Shown piece after piece: positions 10,768 to 18,810 of a stretch of DNA of 25,904 nucleotides. Every line of letters begins with the position of its first letter. Position 1 is the stretch's first letter. The DNA comes from Actinomycetota bacterium (lineage in GTDB: Bacteria > Actinomycetota > Humimicrobiia > Humimicrobiales > Humimicrobiaceae). The position numbers were made by a program, and so were the translations under genes. Under the pieces are notes generated by a model. That model saw only the letters and a list, made by a program, of their open reading frames with translations, searched no databases and was not told the DNA's origin. The stretch is taken from assembly GCA_028718045.1 (NCBI GenBank), contig JAQUMQ010000001.1:1-25904 (forward strand), given 5' to 3'.

Positions 10768-11244
10768 ATGACAAAAATATGGCTGGAGTTTTTTCTAGGT
10801 AAAATAGGAAGATATTTAATCGATTTTTTTGCAAAATATTATATGTGGATAATTCCATTTGTTTTTGCTTACGGTATCTTCATGAGTCTTGCGTCATATA
10901 ATTTAAGAAGAATTGAAAAAAAGATAAATTACGAAATCATCAATCAGACAAAGCATCTTTTAAGGAGAAATCCAAAAGCTAATTTCACAAGCATAGTCGA
11001 AAATATAGTAATTAACTGGGAAGATATAACCAAGCTTTATTCATTCTTTCCATATGTTGCAAATGAATTTGATTTGTGGGTTACGCAAGCAAGTCCTGCT
11101 AAGGTGCGTACTCTCATAATGGGAGATAAGAACAGAATAAGGCTCGTGCTTGAACGCAAAAACATTTTTTTTGCGGAAGATAAAAGAAATGCGAGAAAAA
11201 ATTTATATCTCGATTATATAAACAAGATATTTAGACAAAGATAA
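10768..11244 (+). CDS. Hypothetical protein with an N-terminal hydrophobic (membrane-anchor) segment
   Basis: 158-aa ORF filling the gap; hydrophobic YYMWIIPFVFAYGIFMSLA. TTGACA at 10718-10723 upstream; no SD seen. Confidence 0.7.
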   Translation: MTKIWLEFFLGKIGRYLIDFFAKYYMWIIPFVFAYGIFMSLASYNLRRIEKKINYEIINQTKHLLRRNPKANFTSIVENIVINWEDITKLYSFFPYVANEFDLWVTQASPAKVRTLIMGDKNRIRLVLERKNIFFAEDKRNARKNLYLDYINKIFRQR

Positions 11245-11260
11245 CATTTTAAAAATTGTT

Positions 11261-12562
11261 TTAAGAAAACAGTTTAAGAATCGGCTTCATTATCTGAGTC
11301 AAAATCCAATATATGATATTTGATCCCATATCCAGGCTTGAAGCTTTGTTATAACCTTCAATAATCTGAGCGGGTTCTTTTGCCAGAAAATTCGTTATAA
11401 AAGTAATCATATCTGTCGTAATCAGCAATACTACCGGTATTATTATCAATGCGGATATGAAACTTCTAAAGATGTCGCCACGGGACGGACATACCGCCCA
11501 AACAAGTATCAAAGGAATCGTTATAAGACCTGCACTCGGAAGTATCTTATTGCCCGGCAGGATAGATGCTATATATACTGTTAAAGGTATCATTATCGTA
11601 GTGAGTCCTATGACTGAGGCATTGCCGGCAACTACAATCGAATTGAGCCCAATATATATTTCTCTTTTCGTAATCTTGCTGTTTATAAATGTTCTAATGT
11701 CATCGATTATCGGTATCACGCCTTTGTAAAGAAGAGTAACCGAGCGTGGCATCAGGATCGTAATGACACACATGTATAAACCGGACAAAAAAGCATATCC
11801 CAGGTTTGGCCAGAAATTAAGGGTAAAATTCCTATATTTTGTTATCAAACCTATTATGAATCCAAGAATGAACCCAATGACCATGGGTTCTCCCGCAACA
11901 CCTAATTTATACTGTATTTCCTCGTAAAATATATTCAGTCTTTTTATGAAAGGAATTTTATTTAAAATAAAATTTACGAAATTCGAGACAGGAGCCCATA
12001 CTATTGTTTGGGGTTGCGGATTGGAAATTCCTTTGATTCCATAGTAACTCTCAAGATAAGGACTGTAAATATCTGCCAATACGAAAGAAATTGTTGCAAT
12101 AACGCATGAAAATAAAATTCCCAGCCACATTATTCCTGTTACTTCGTAAATAAAAATACCGGAAAACATAAAAAGCCATAAATTCCATATATCGATATTA
12201 ATTGTTCTGGTAAGTCTCAGCAATAGCATTAATATGTTAAGAGCTATCAATATGAATGCCAGCTGTAAAACAAAAGGATTGTATATGTCCATTTTTTGAG
12301 CAACGAGCCAGCCGATATCTATTGCTTGAAATTTTTTATTGGTAATCGCAAGGATGGTATTGATTACCGGGTTAAAAAAATTGATGTAAAAACCAAGAAG
12401 AAACGAAAAAGTAATCAATCCTAAATAGACATATACGGAATTTATCAGTAAAGTCAGCTTATTTCTTGTTGTTATAAGTCCTATCAAAAATAAAATTATC
12501 GGTATAAGGCCGGCAGGGCCAATTTCAGCAAAAATTTTTATTGTTTTATATAAAATTTCCAT
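11261..12562 (-). CDS. PTS galactitol-family IIC-like permease (GatC homolog), divergent
   Basis: 433-aa polytopic membrane protein with GatC-like IDIGW, NIDIWN, GEPMVIG, LMPR, IYIGL, LPGNKILP and GDIFRS. Confidence 0.85.
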   Translation of the reverse strand: MEILYKTIKIFAEIGPAGLIPIILFLIGLITTRNKLTLLINSVYVYLGLITFSFLLGFYINFFNPVINTILAITNKKFQAIDIGWLVAQKMDIYNPFVLQLAFILIALNILMLLLRLTRTINIDIWNLWLFMFSGIFIYEVTGIMWLGILFSCVIATISFVLADIYSPYLESYYGIKGISNPQPQTIVWAPVSNFVNFILNKIPFIKRLNIFYEEIQYKLGVAGEPMVIGFILGFIIGLITKYRNFTLNFWPNLGYAFLSGLYMCVITILMPRSVTLLYKGVIPIIDDIRTFINSKITKREIYIGLNSIVVAGNASVIGLTTIMIPLTVYIASILPGNKILPSAGLITIPLILVWAVCPSRGDIFRSFISALIIIPVVLLITTDMITFITNFLAKEPAQIIEGYNKASSLDMGSNIIYWILTQIMKPILKLFS

Positions 12563-12731
12563 ATATACAGATATATCTCTGTGTTTTTTTTAAATCTTTC
12601 GATAAAAAGCCGAATAAAGTAAAAATGCTTTTTACAATATATCAAAAATAATAATATTATTTAACATAAGTGGTAAATTTTATTATTGTCTAAAAATTAT
12701 TAACAAGGGTGAAGCTGTCGTTTATTTGTCG

Positions 12732-12784
12732 ATAACTTCGTATGTGATTCCGATACGAAGACTTATTCGAGATAATGAAGTTAT
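12732..12784. other. loxP-like palindromic element
   Basis: ATAACTTCGTAT (12732-12743), 9 nt, ATACGAAG (12753-12760), AC, TTAT; a second GAAGTTAT at 12777-12784. The sequence is directly seen; function unknown. Confidence 0.4.
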
Positions 12785-12794
12785 GCGTATATTA

Positions 12795-12859
12795 ATTAAA
12801 TTGCATGGATGCAATTTAATGCATTTAACTTTGACTTTTTGTTTTTGCAGTAATAAAAT
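12795..12859 (+). promoter_or_regulatory. 26-bp palindromic operator-like site plus sigma70 promoter for the E2 gene
   Basis: ATTAAATTGCAT-GG-ATGCAATTTAAT (12795-12820), then TTGACT (12831-12836), 17-nt spacer, TAAAAT (12854-12859). Confidence 0.6.
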
Positions 12860-13017
12860 ATATGGAATTTTTAATTATGATATTAAAATAATTACCGGTG
12901 AGTAAACAATAGTTTTATGATAAAATTTGATTTTGTATTCATTTTGTTATCAACTTTTTGATTTTTTATTCTGGTTTAAATTATTACATTATTCTTTATT
13001 TTCGAGAGGAGATCATA

Positions 13018-14406
13018 ATGTATGAAGTCTTAATGCCCAAGATGGGTGAAACGATGGAGAAAGGTACCATTGAAAAATGGAGGAAAAAAGAAGGAGACAA
13101 GATTGAAAAAGGAGATATACTATACGATCTTGCAACAGACAAGGTATCTCTTGAAGTAGAATCATTTAACTCGGGCTATTTGAGAAAGATATTAAGAAAT
13201 GAGGGGGAAGAAGTTCCGATAATGGAAGTGATTGCCTATATCGGCGAAAAAGATGAGCCCATACCTTTAGAAAATCAGGCTTCAAAATCAAAACCTGCGG
13301 AAGACCAACTTAAGGCAAAAGAAAAACCGGAACGTGAAAATAAGGATAAGGTTCAAGCCCAACCTTTTAAAGCTGAATCAGAAAGGATATCCATTTCTCC
13401 TGTGGCAAAAAATCTTGCCGAAGCTAACAAGATCGATATTTCAAAAGTTAAAGGAACAGGTCCGGAAGATAGAATAATCAGAAAAGACATAGAAGCTTTG
13501 ATCTTATCCAAAAAAGAAAAAAGTGAAAGGATTTTCATATCTCCTTTGGCAAGAAAGACAGCGACTGATCTTGGGATAGACTACAAAACGGAAAACATAA
13601 CCGGTTCGGGTCCCTCGGGAAGAATAGTGCATTCCGATATTTTGTCATTTTCAAAAGCCTCCGAAGCATTAAAAGAACAGAAAGCGCCTATCGTTGCGGA
13701 GGGTAAAGAAATTAAGATTTTATCTTCGGCACCGCTTAAAGGCGCACGAAAGGTTATCGCCAATAAAATGATTCAGTCAAAAAAAGAAATACCTCATATT
13801 ATCTGTAATTGTGTTTGCGATGTCAGCAGTCTCATATCGTTAAGAACCAGATTAAAAGATAAGCTTGAAAAAAATTATGGAATAAAAATTACTTATACCG
13901 ATTTTATAATTAAAATTACTTCGGTTGCATTGCACGAATTCAGATCGATAAATTCATCATTTCAAAATGACAATCATATTATTTATGAAGACATCAACAT
14001 AGGTATGGCTACCGCAGTAAATAATAGCCTCATTGTTCCTACGATTTATAATGCAGATACACTTGGTATTCTTGAAATTGCAAAAAAAAGAACCGAGCTT
14101 GTCCAAAAGGGGAGAGACGGAAAACTATCCCTTGATGAGGTAACGAACGCAACATTTACAATTTCCAACTTGGGAATGTATGGTGTAAGATCATTTACCG
14201 CAATAATCAATCCTCCTCAAGGCGCAATTATGATGGTTTCCGAAATGTATGAATCTCCTGTTGCCGTTGACGGGAAAGTCGAGATAAGAACGCTCATGGA
14301 AATAGGAGTTGCGGTAGATCATAGGATTATTGACGGAGCGCTTGCGGCGCAATTCCTGCGTAGAGTCAAGGAACTTGTGGAAAATCCCGAGATGTTGATA
14401 TTATAG
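13018..14406 (+). CDS. Dihydrolipoamide acyltransferase (E2) of a 2-oxoacid or acetoin dehydrogenase complex
   Basis: Lipoyl domain (TDKV, Lys at 13141), two peripheral subunit-binding domains, catalytic TFTISNLG, NPPQ and DHRIIDG. ATG 13018 follows GAGAGGAG (track start 12958). Confidence 0.95.
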   Translation: MYEVLMPKMGETMEKGTIEKWRKKEGDKIEKGDILYDLATDKVSLEVESFNSGYLRKILRNEGEEVPIMEVIAYIGEKDEPIPLENQASKSKPAEDQLKAKEKPERENKDKVQAQPFKAESERISISPVAKNLAEANKIDISKVKGTGPEDRIIRKDIEALILSKKEKSERIFISPLARKTATDLGIDYKTENITGSGPSGRIVHSDILSFSKASEALKEQKAPIVAEGKEIKILSSAPLKGARKVIANKMIQSKKEIPHIICNCVCDVSSLISLRTRLKDKLEKNYGIKITYTDFIIKITSVALHEFRSINSSFQNDNHIIYEDINIGMATAVNNSLIVPTIYNADTLGILEIAKKRTELVQKGRDGKLSLDEVTNATFTISNLGMYGVRSFTAIINPPQGAIMMVSEMYESPVAVDGKVEIRTLMEIGVAVDHRIIDGALAAQFLRRVKELVENPEMLIL

Positions 14407-14506
14407 CTTTTGCCAATTGTTTTTTTATTATTTTTTTGAATGGGAAATTTTTAAAAAATGAGGTTTTTATTTATACAATAATATTTGTTTTAATTAACGC
14501 TGCCTT

Positions 14507-14515
14507 TGGTATAAT
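14507..14515 (+). promoter_or_regulatory. Extended -10 promoter element upstream of the zinc-ribbon gene
   Basis: TGGTATAAT, an exact TGnTATAAT match. Confidence 0.4.
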
Positions 14516-14631
14516 TGCTTTTGAAACGATATTGATTTAATATCTTTTGTTTAATGTTTTTTATTTTGACATATAAAAACAGTAAATATGATTTCTATAT
14601 ATTATAACTGATAATATTTTTTTTATGTAAA

Positions 14632-14961
14632 ATGCTAAAAGATGAAGAAACAAAAATTGTTCTTTTTTGCATAAATTGCAATTCGGACACGGAGCATACC
14701 GTTAGTTATATAGGCGAATATTTAAAAAGTATACAGTGCAACAAATGCTTAAAAAAAATTGAAATAGACAGAAGGCATTTAAGAACAGTTTTTGCTGAAG
14801 ATTTTATAGATAGAATTCTTTCGAAACCTCATAGAATGTCCCGTGATTTTAAAGAAGCTATGGCTTATCTTGTTCCGTTTTTTCCAAAAAGGCTATTTAA
14901 GGAACCTAAAAAGGTAATAAAGGAAATAATTGAAGTGTTGAGGAAAAAAAACGGGGAATAA
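14632..14961 (+). CDS. Small zinc-ribbon hypothetical protein
   Basis: CINC...CNKC (two CxxC) followed by a helical tail (RILSKPHRM). It resembles, from memory only, small uncharacterised Firmicutes proteins annotated 'bh protein'. Confidence 0.7.
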   Translation: MLKDEETKIVLFCINCNSDTEHTVSYIGEYLKSIQCNKCLKKIEIDRRHLRTVFAEDFIDRILSKPHRMSRDFKEAMAYLVPFFPKRLFKEPKKVIKEIIEVLRKKNGE

Positions 14962-15123
14962 ATCGACAATTATATATCAAGATTCTGGTTTGATAGTTTG
15001 TTCGATTATTTTTTTATTATTGTCAGCGTAAAGTTTTAATTATTTTTTTTTGCTCTTTTTGGATATTTTTATTTGGATGAGCACTTTTAATATTTTATTT
15101 TTTGTCTTTGGAGGGTAAATCTC

Positions 15124-16518
15124 ATGGCGGAAGTAAAAAAAGCAGATGTAGCGATTCTTGGTGCAGGACCTGGTGGTTATGTTGCGGCAATTAGGGCTAA
15201 AAAGCTCGGATTAGACGTGATTCTGGTCGAAAAAGAGAACTTGGGCGGGGTCTGCCTTAACTGGGGGTGCATACCGACAAAAGCACTTGCACATACAGTT
15301 GAAGTAATCGAGACGGTAAAAAAATCGCAAGAGCTTGGCATCAATATTTCGGCAGCGGAAACGGACTTTGGAAAAGTAATGGAACGGAAAGATAAGATTG
15401 TAAATATTCAAAGAGCAGGGCTTGAATATAATTTTAAAAAGAATGGGATTGAAATAGTCAGAGGGACAGGCAAGCTGGCTTCCAAAGATAAGATTATCGT
15501 AAAAGGAAATGCCGGAACGGAAGTCGAAATAAATGCCGAAAATATCATTCTGTCGACAGGCTCTCATGCATCAAGTGTTCCCCCTTTCATTCTTGACAAT
15601 GAAGGAATTTTAGATAACGTAGGTATTTTATCGCTTAAAGAACTTCCGAAATCCATGCTTGTAGTTGGCGGAGGTGTAATAGGTTGTGAATTTTCAAGCA
15701 TATTTTCTGCCTTGGGTACAAAAATTACAATTGTTGAAATCATGCCGAGAATTTTGCTGAATGAAGATGAAGAAGTTTCCGAACTTATAAAAAAAGTTTT
15801 TGTAAAAAAAGGTATAAATATCTATACAAATGTTACGGTAAAAGAAGTCAAGAAAGTAAATAATCAATATATGTGCCTGTTAAGTAACGGAGAATCGGCA
15901 ACGTTTGATAAGATTCTTGTTTCGGTCGGAAGAAAACCCAACACGAAAGACATCGGTTTGGAAGATATAGGAGTTAAGCTTGACGGCAAAGGCTTTATCG
16001 CTGTGGATAAATATCTAAAGACAAGTATCGATAATATATTTGCAATAGGTGATGCGGTAGGCGGTTATCAGCTTGCTCACGTTGCTTCATCGGAAGGGCT
16101 TGTTGCGGTTGATAATATTAAAGGAAAAAATAAAGAAATGAATTATGGTGTAGTACCATGGGCTATTTTTACGATTCCGGAAGTAGGAACTGTAGGTCTT
16201 AACAAAAAACAAGCAGAAGAAAAGGGTTATGATGTATGTACGGGAATATTTCCGTTTAAAAACAGCGGCAAAGCTTATGTCGTGCAGGAAACCGAAGGAT
16301 TTGTCAAAATATTCACCGATTCTTCTACAAAAGAAATTCTTGGTTCGACGATAGTTGGCCCCAGAGCATCCGATCTTATACATGAAATAGCGGTAGCAAT
16401 GCATGGTGAGCTTACGGCTGATTATGTTGCAAATGCAATTCATGCTCATCCAACCCTTTCGGAAGCAGTGATGGAAGCAGCCGAGGATTGCTTTGGACTT
16501 GCAACGCACAAGGTTTAA
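15124..16518 (+). CDS. lpdA: Dihydrolipoamide dehydrogenase (E3)
   Basis: FAD motif GAGPGGY, redox disulfide GGVCLNWGCIP, NAD motif GGGVIGCE, C-terminal HAHPTLSE; GGAGG SD upstream. Confidence 0.95.
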   Translation: MAEVKKADVAILGAGPGGYVAAIRAKKLGLDVILVEKENLGGVCLNWGCIPTKALAHTVEVIETVKKSQELGINISAAETDFGKVMERKDKIVNIQRAGLEYNFKKNGIEIVRGTGKLASKDKIIVKGNAGTEVEINAENIILSTGSHASSVPPFILDNEGILDNVGILSLKELPKSMLVVGGGVIGCEFSSIFSALGTKITIVEIMPRILLNEDEEVSELIKKVFVKKGINIYTNVTVKEVKKVNNQYMCLLSNGESATFDKILVSVGRKPNTKDIGLEDIGVKLDGKGFIAVDKYLKTSIDNIFAIGDAVGGYQLAHVASSEGLVAVDNIKGKNKEMNYGVVPWAIFTIPEVGTVGLNKKQAEEKGYDVCTGIFPFKNSGKAYVVQETEGFVKIFTDSSTKEILGSTIVGPRASDLIHEIAVAMHGELTADYVANAIHAHPTLSEAVMEAAEDCFGLATHKV

Positions 16519-16661
16519 AAAATTCTAAAAATTGATTTTTATATAGGCATTTTATATAAATATCCTCATGCAAAAAAATGTTATAAAAACGTAAACTGAC
16601 GGCATGATAGTATCTTAAATGCTATTTGCCGTAATATTGATTAATCTTTTTAGCCGAATGG

Positions 16662-17468
16662 ATGGTTTTAATAATGCATAAATACAGATTGCTGGTTACT
16701 GATGTCGACGGTACCTTGCTTGATCATAATTCCAAATTAACGGAATTAAATAAGAAAGCTCTTACTGATTGTATTAAAAATGGAATAGATGTAACTATTG
16801 CGACAGGTAAGACCATAGACTCAATAATGTTCATAATCAGGGAACTTTGCTTAACGCTTCCGCAGATAACCATGAACGGAGCTGTCATTGTTACTCCCGA
16901 AGGGAAGATATTGGATACCACTGGATTTCCATTGCAATTATATCTGGAATTTATTAGGGATGTCAGGTCGAAAGGGTACGAACCTACAGTTGCAACCGTT
17001 GACGGTAAGATATATTGTAAAGAATACTCCCAGAATATGAAACACATGTTAGATGTTGGAGAAAAGATTACAAAGGTTGATGATATAGAATCGGATTTTT
17101 TCATTAAAAATACGGTAAGCATATCTGTTCCGATGCTTGCAACAGATCCGATGGATAATTATATAAGGAAAAAATTCGGTAAGGTGTTACAGGTTGTACG
17201 TTCGGGAGAATATTTTTTCGATATCCTTAATCTTAAAGCTTCAAAAGGAAACGCTTTAAAAAAGCTCATCAAAGAACTTGGGATAAAAAAAGAAGAAGTA
17301 GTTGCTTTTGGCGACAGTCATAACGATATAAGTCTTTTTAAAGAATCGGGTTGCAAGATAGCGGTTAAAAATTCTTTTCCGGAACTTATCGAAATTGCAG
17401 ACATCGTTGCTGATGAAAATTATAAATCCGGGCTGGGCAAAGCCATTTACGAGCATATATTATTTTAA
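16662..17468 (+). CDS. Cof-type HAD-IIB hydrolase (probable sugar or small-molecule phosphatase)
   Basis: Motif I DVDGTL, motif II ATGK, ITMNGA, motif III/IV KGNAL and GDSHND. ATG 16674 is an alternative start. Confidence 0.9.
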   Translation: MVLIMHKYRLLVTDVDGTLLDHNSKLTELNKKALTDCIKNGIDVTIATGKTIDSIMFIIRELCLTLPQITMNGAVIVTPEGKILDTTGFPLQLYLEFIRDVRSKGYEPTVATVDGKIYCKEYSQNMKHMLDVGEKITKVDDIESDFFIKNTVSISVPMLATDPMDNYIRKKFGKVLQVVRSGEYFFDILNLKASKGNALKKLIKELGIKKEEVVAFGDSHNDISLFKESGCKIAVKNSFPELIEIADIVADENYKSGLGKAIYEHILF

Positions 17469-17881
17469 AAAGCTTACTTAAATAAATAAAAAACCAAAAA
17501 AAATTATATCTTAATAAGAATATATAAATTTTAAAAAAATTATCAATGCACATATAGATAATAAAAAAGTTTCATAATATGCTTTTTTGTTTTTAGTATA
17601 TACTATCTTTTCTTATATATTTACTCATTTTTTATATACCATCAATATTTAAAATAGGTATTCAAACTTAATAAAAACATATAATAAACTTATTTTTAAT
17701 ATCGATTGCTATTTACATTTCACTTAGGTTTATTTTTTATCTGCTGCTGATAAATTTTCTTTTCATCCCTTTGTTAAATAATATTTTCCTTAAAAAGCTA
17801 TAAGGTAAAAATTTCGCAGAATAACAAAATAATAAAAAAATAGATTGAAAATTAAATAAAGATAATATAATATATAAATAT

Positions 17882-17908
17882 ATACGGAATACCGTATTTT
17901 GTATACAA
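17882..17908. promoter_or_regulatory. Putative GntR operator(s) just upstream of the gntR SD
   Basis: ATACGG-AATA-CCGTAT (17882-17897) and perfect TTGTATACAA (17899-17908). The latter fits the GntR GT-Nx-AC pattern. Confidence 0.5.
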
Positions 17909-17923
17909 TATTTAGGAGGTACT

Positions 17924-18601
17924 ATGAGTTTCAATAGTAAAATTTCAAAAATAGAGCGTAATTATTTAAATGAAGAAGCATATAAAATTCTTAAAGAGTC
18001 TATTCTTTCAGGTAATTTAAAACCGGGAGAACGGATAATTGAAGATAATTTAGCTTCAAGCATGCAAATAAGCAGGACTCCCTTGAGGGAAGCATTAAAT
18101 AAACTTAAATCTGAAGGTATGGTTTGTTATGATTCCAACAAAAAGCTTGTAGTAAGTGAGTTGTCGATAAAGGAGTTAGACGATCTTTTTGGAGTAAGAA
18201 TAGCTTTGGAATGCTATGCCGCTCGCCTTGCATGCAAAAATATAACCAAAGAGGAAATGGAAAAGCTTTGGAGCAATATAGAGGATACTCAAATTGCAAA
18301 TGAAAGTAAAGATTATAAAAAAGTAGTTGTATTGAATGGAGAATTTCACGACATACTTGCACGTTCAAGCCGTAATAATTGTATCGTAAACATGCTGAAT
18401 AGCCTTAAAGAACAAATAGACAGATATCGAAGAATGGTTATTTGGAATGTAGAGGAAGCAGAACGTTCGCTTAACGGCCACAAAGCTATTTATGAAGCCT
18501 TGAAAAATAATGATTCCAAAAAAGTTTCAGATATTAGTGAGTACTATATTAATCTTGCAAAGGAGGGGGTATTAAAAAGAATCAGTAATTACAATTTATA
18601 A
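17924..18601 (+). CDS. GntR-family regulator (FCD/FadR subfamily)
   Basis: Winged HTH (LKPGERI.E..LA..MQISRTPLREAL) and FCD-type NGEFH...H; AGGAGG SD upstream. Confidence 0.93.
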   Translation: MSFNSKISKIERNYLNEEAYKILKESILSGNLKPGERIIEDNLASSMQISRTPLREALNKLKSEGMVCYDSNKKLVVSELSIKELDDLFGVRIALECYAARLACKNITKEEMEKLWSNIEDTQIANESKDYKKVVVLNGEFHDILARSSRNNCIVNMLNSLKEQIDRYRRMVIWNVEEAERSLNGHKAIYEALKNNDSKKVSDISEYYINLAKEGVLKRISNYNL

Positions 18602-18810
18602 ATATATAATTTATTTAAAAGGAGGATGAAATAGAAAATGTAATATGCGGTAAAAAAAATGAATCGGGAGGTGGTGGATATTTCAAAATAATCTATAGAT
18701 AATTCTGGATTTAAGATTTTAAAGCAACCTATATTTTACTTTTATAATCTGAAATCTAAATTCAAGTAAATAATTGTAAAGAGGTAAAAAATATGAGGAG
18801 GTCATAAAAC

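Noticed and set aside
10844-10852. Perfect DnaA box TGTGGATAA (also at 16002-16010)
   Set aside because: Both are isolated and inside coding regions, where codons explain them; there is no cluster suggesting an origin.
12763-12791. dif-like site (GATAA-TGAAG-TTATG)
   Set aside because: The core is 5 nt rather than 6, the arms match poorly, and the region is oriC-proximal rather than terminal.
12705-12905. Open + frame across the IIC/E2 intergenic region
   Set aside because: No convincing start or SD, no recognisable protein features, and it overlaps the promoter and palindromes.
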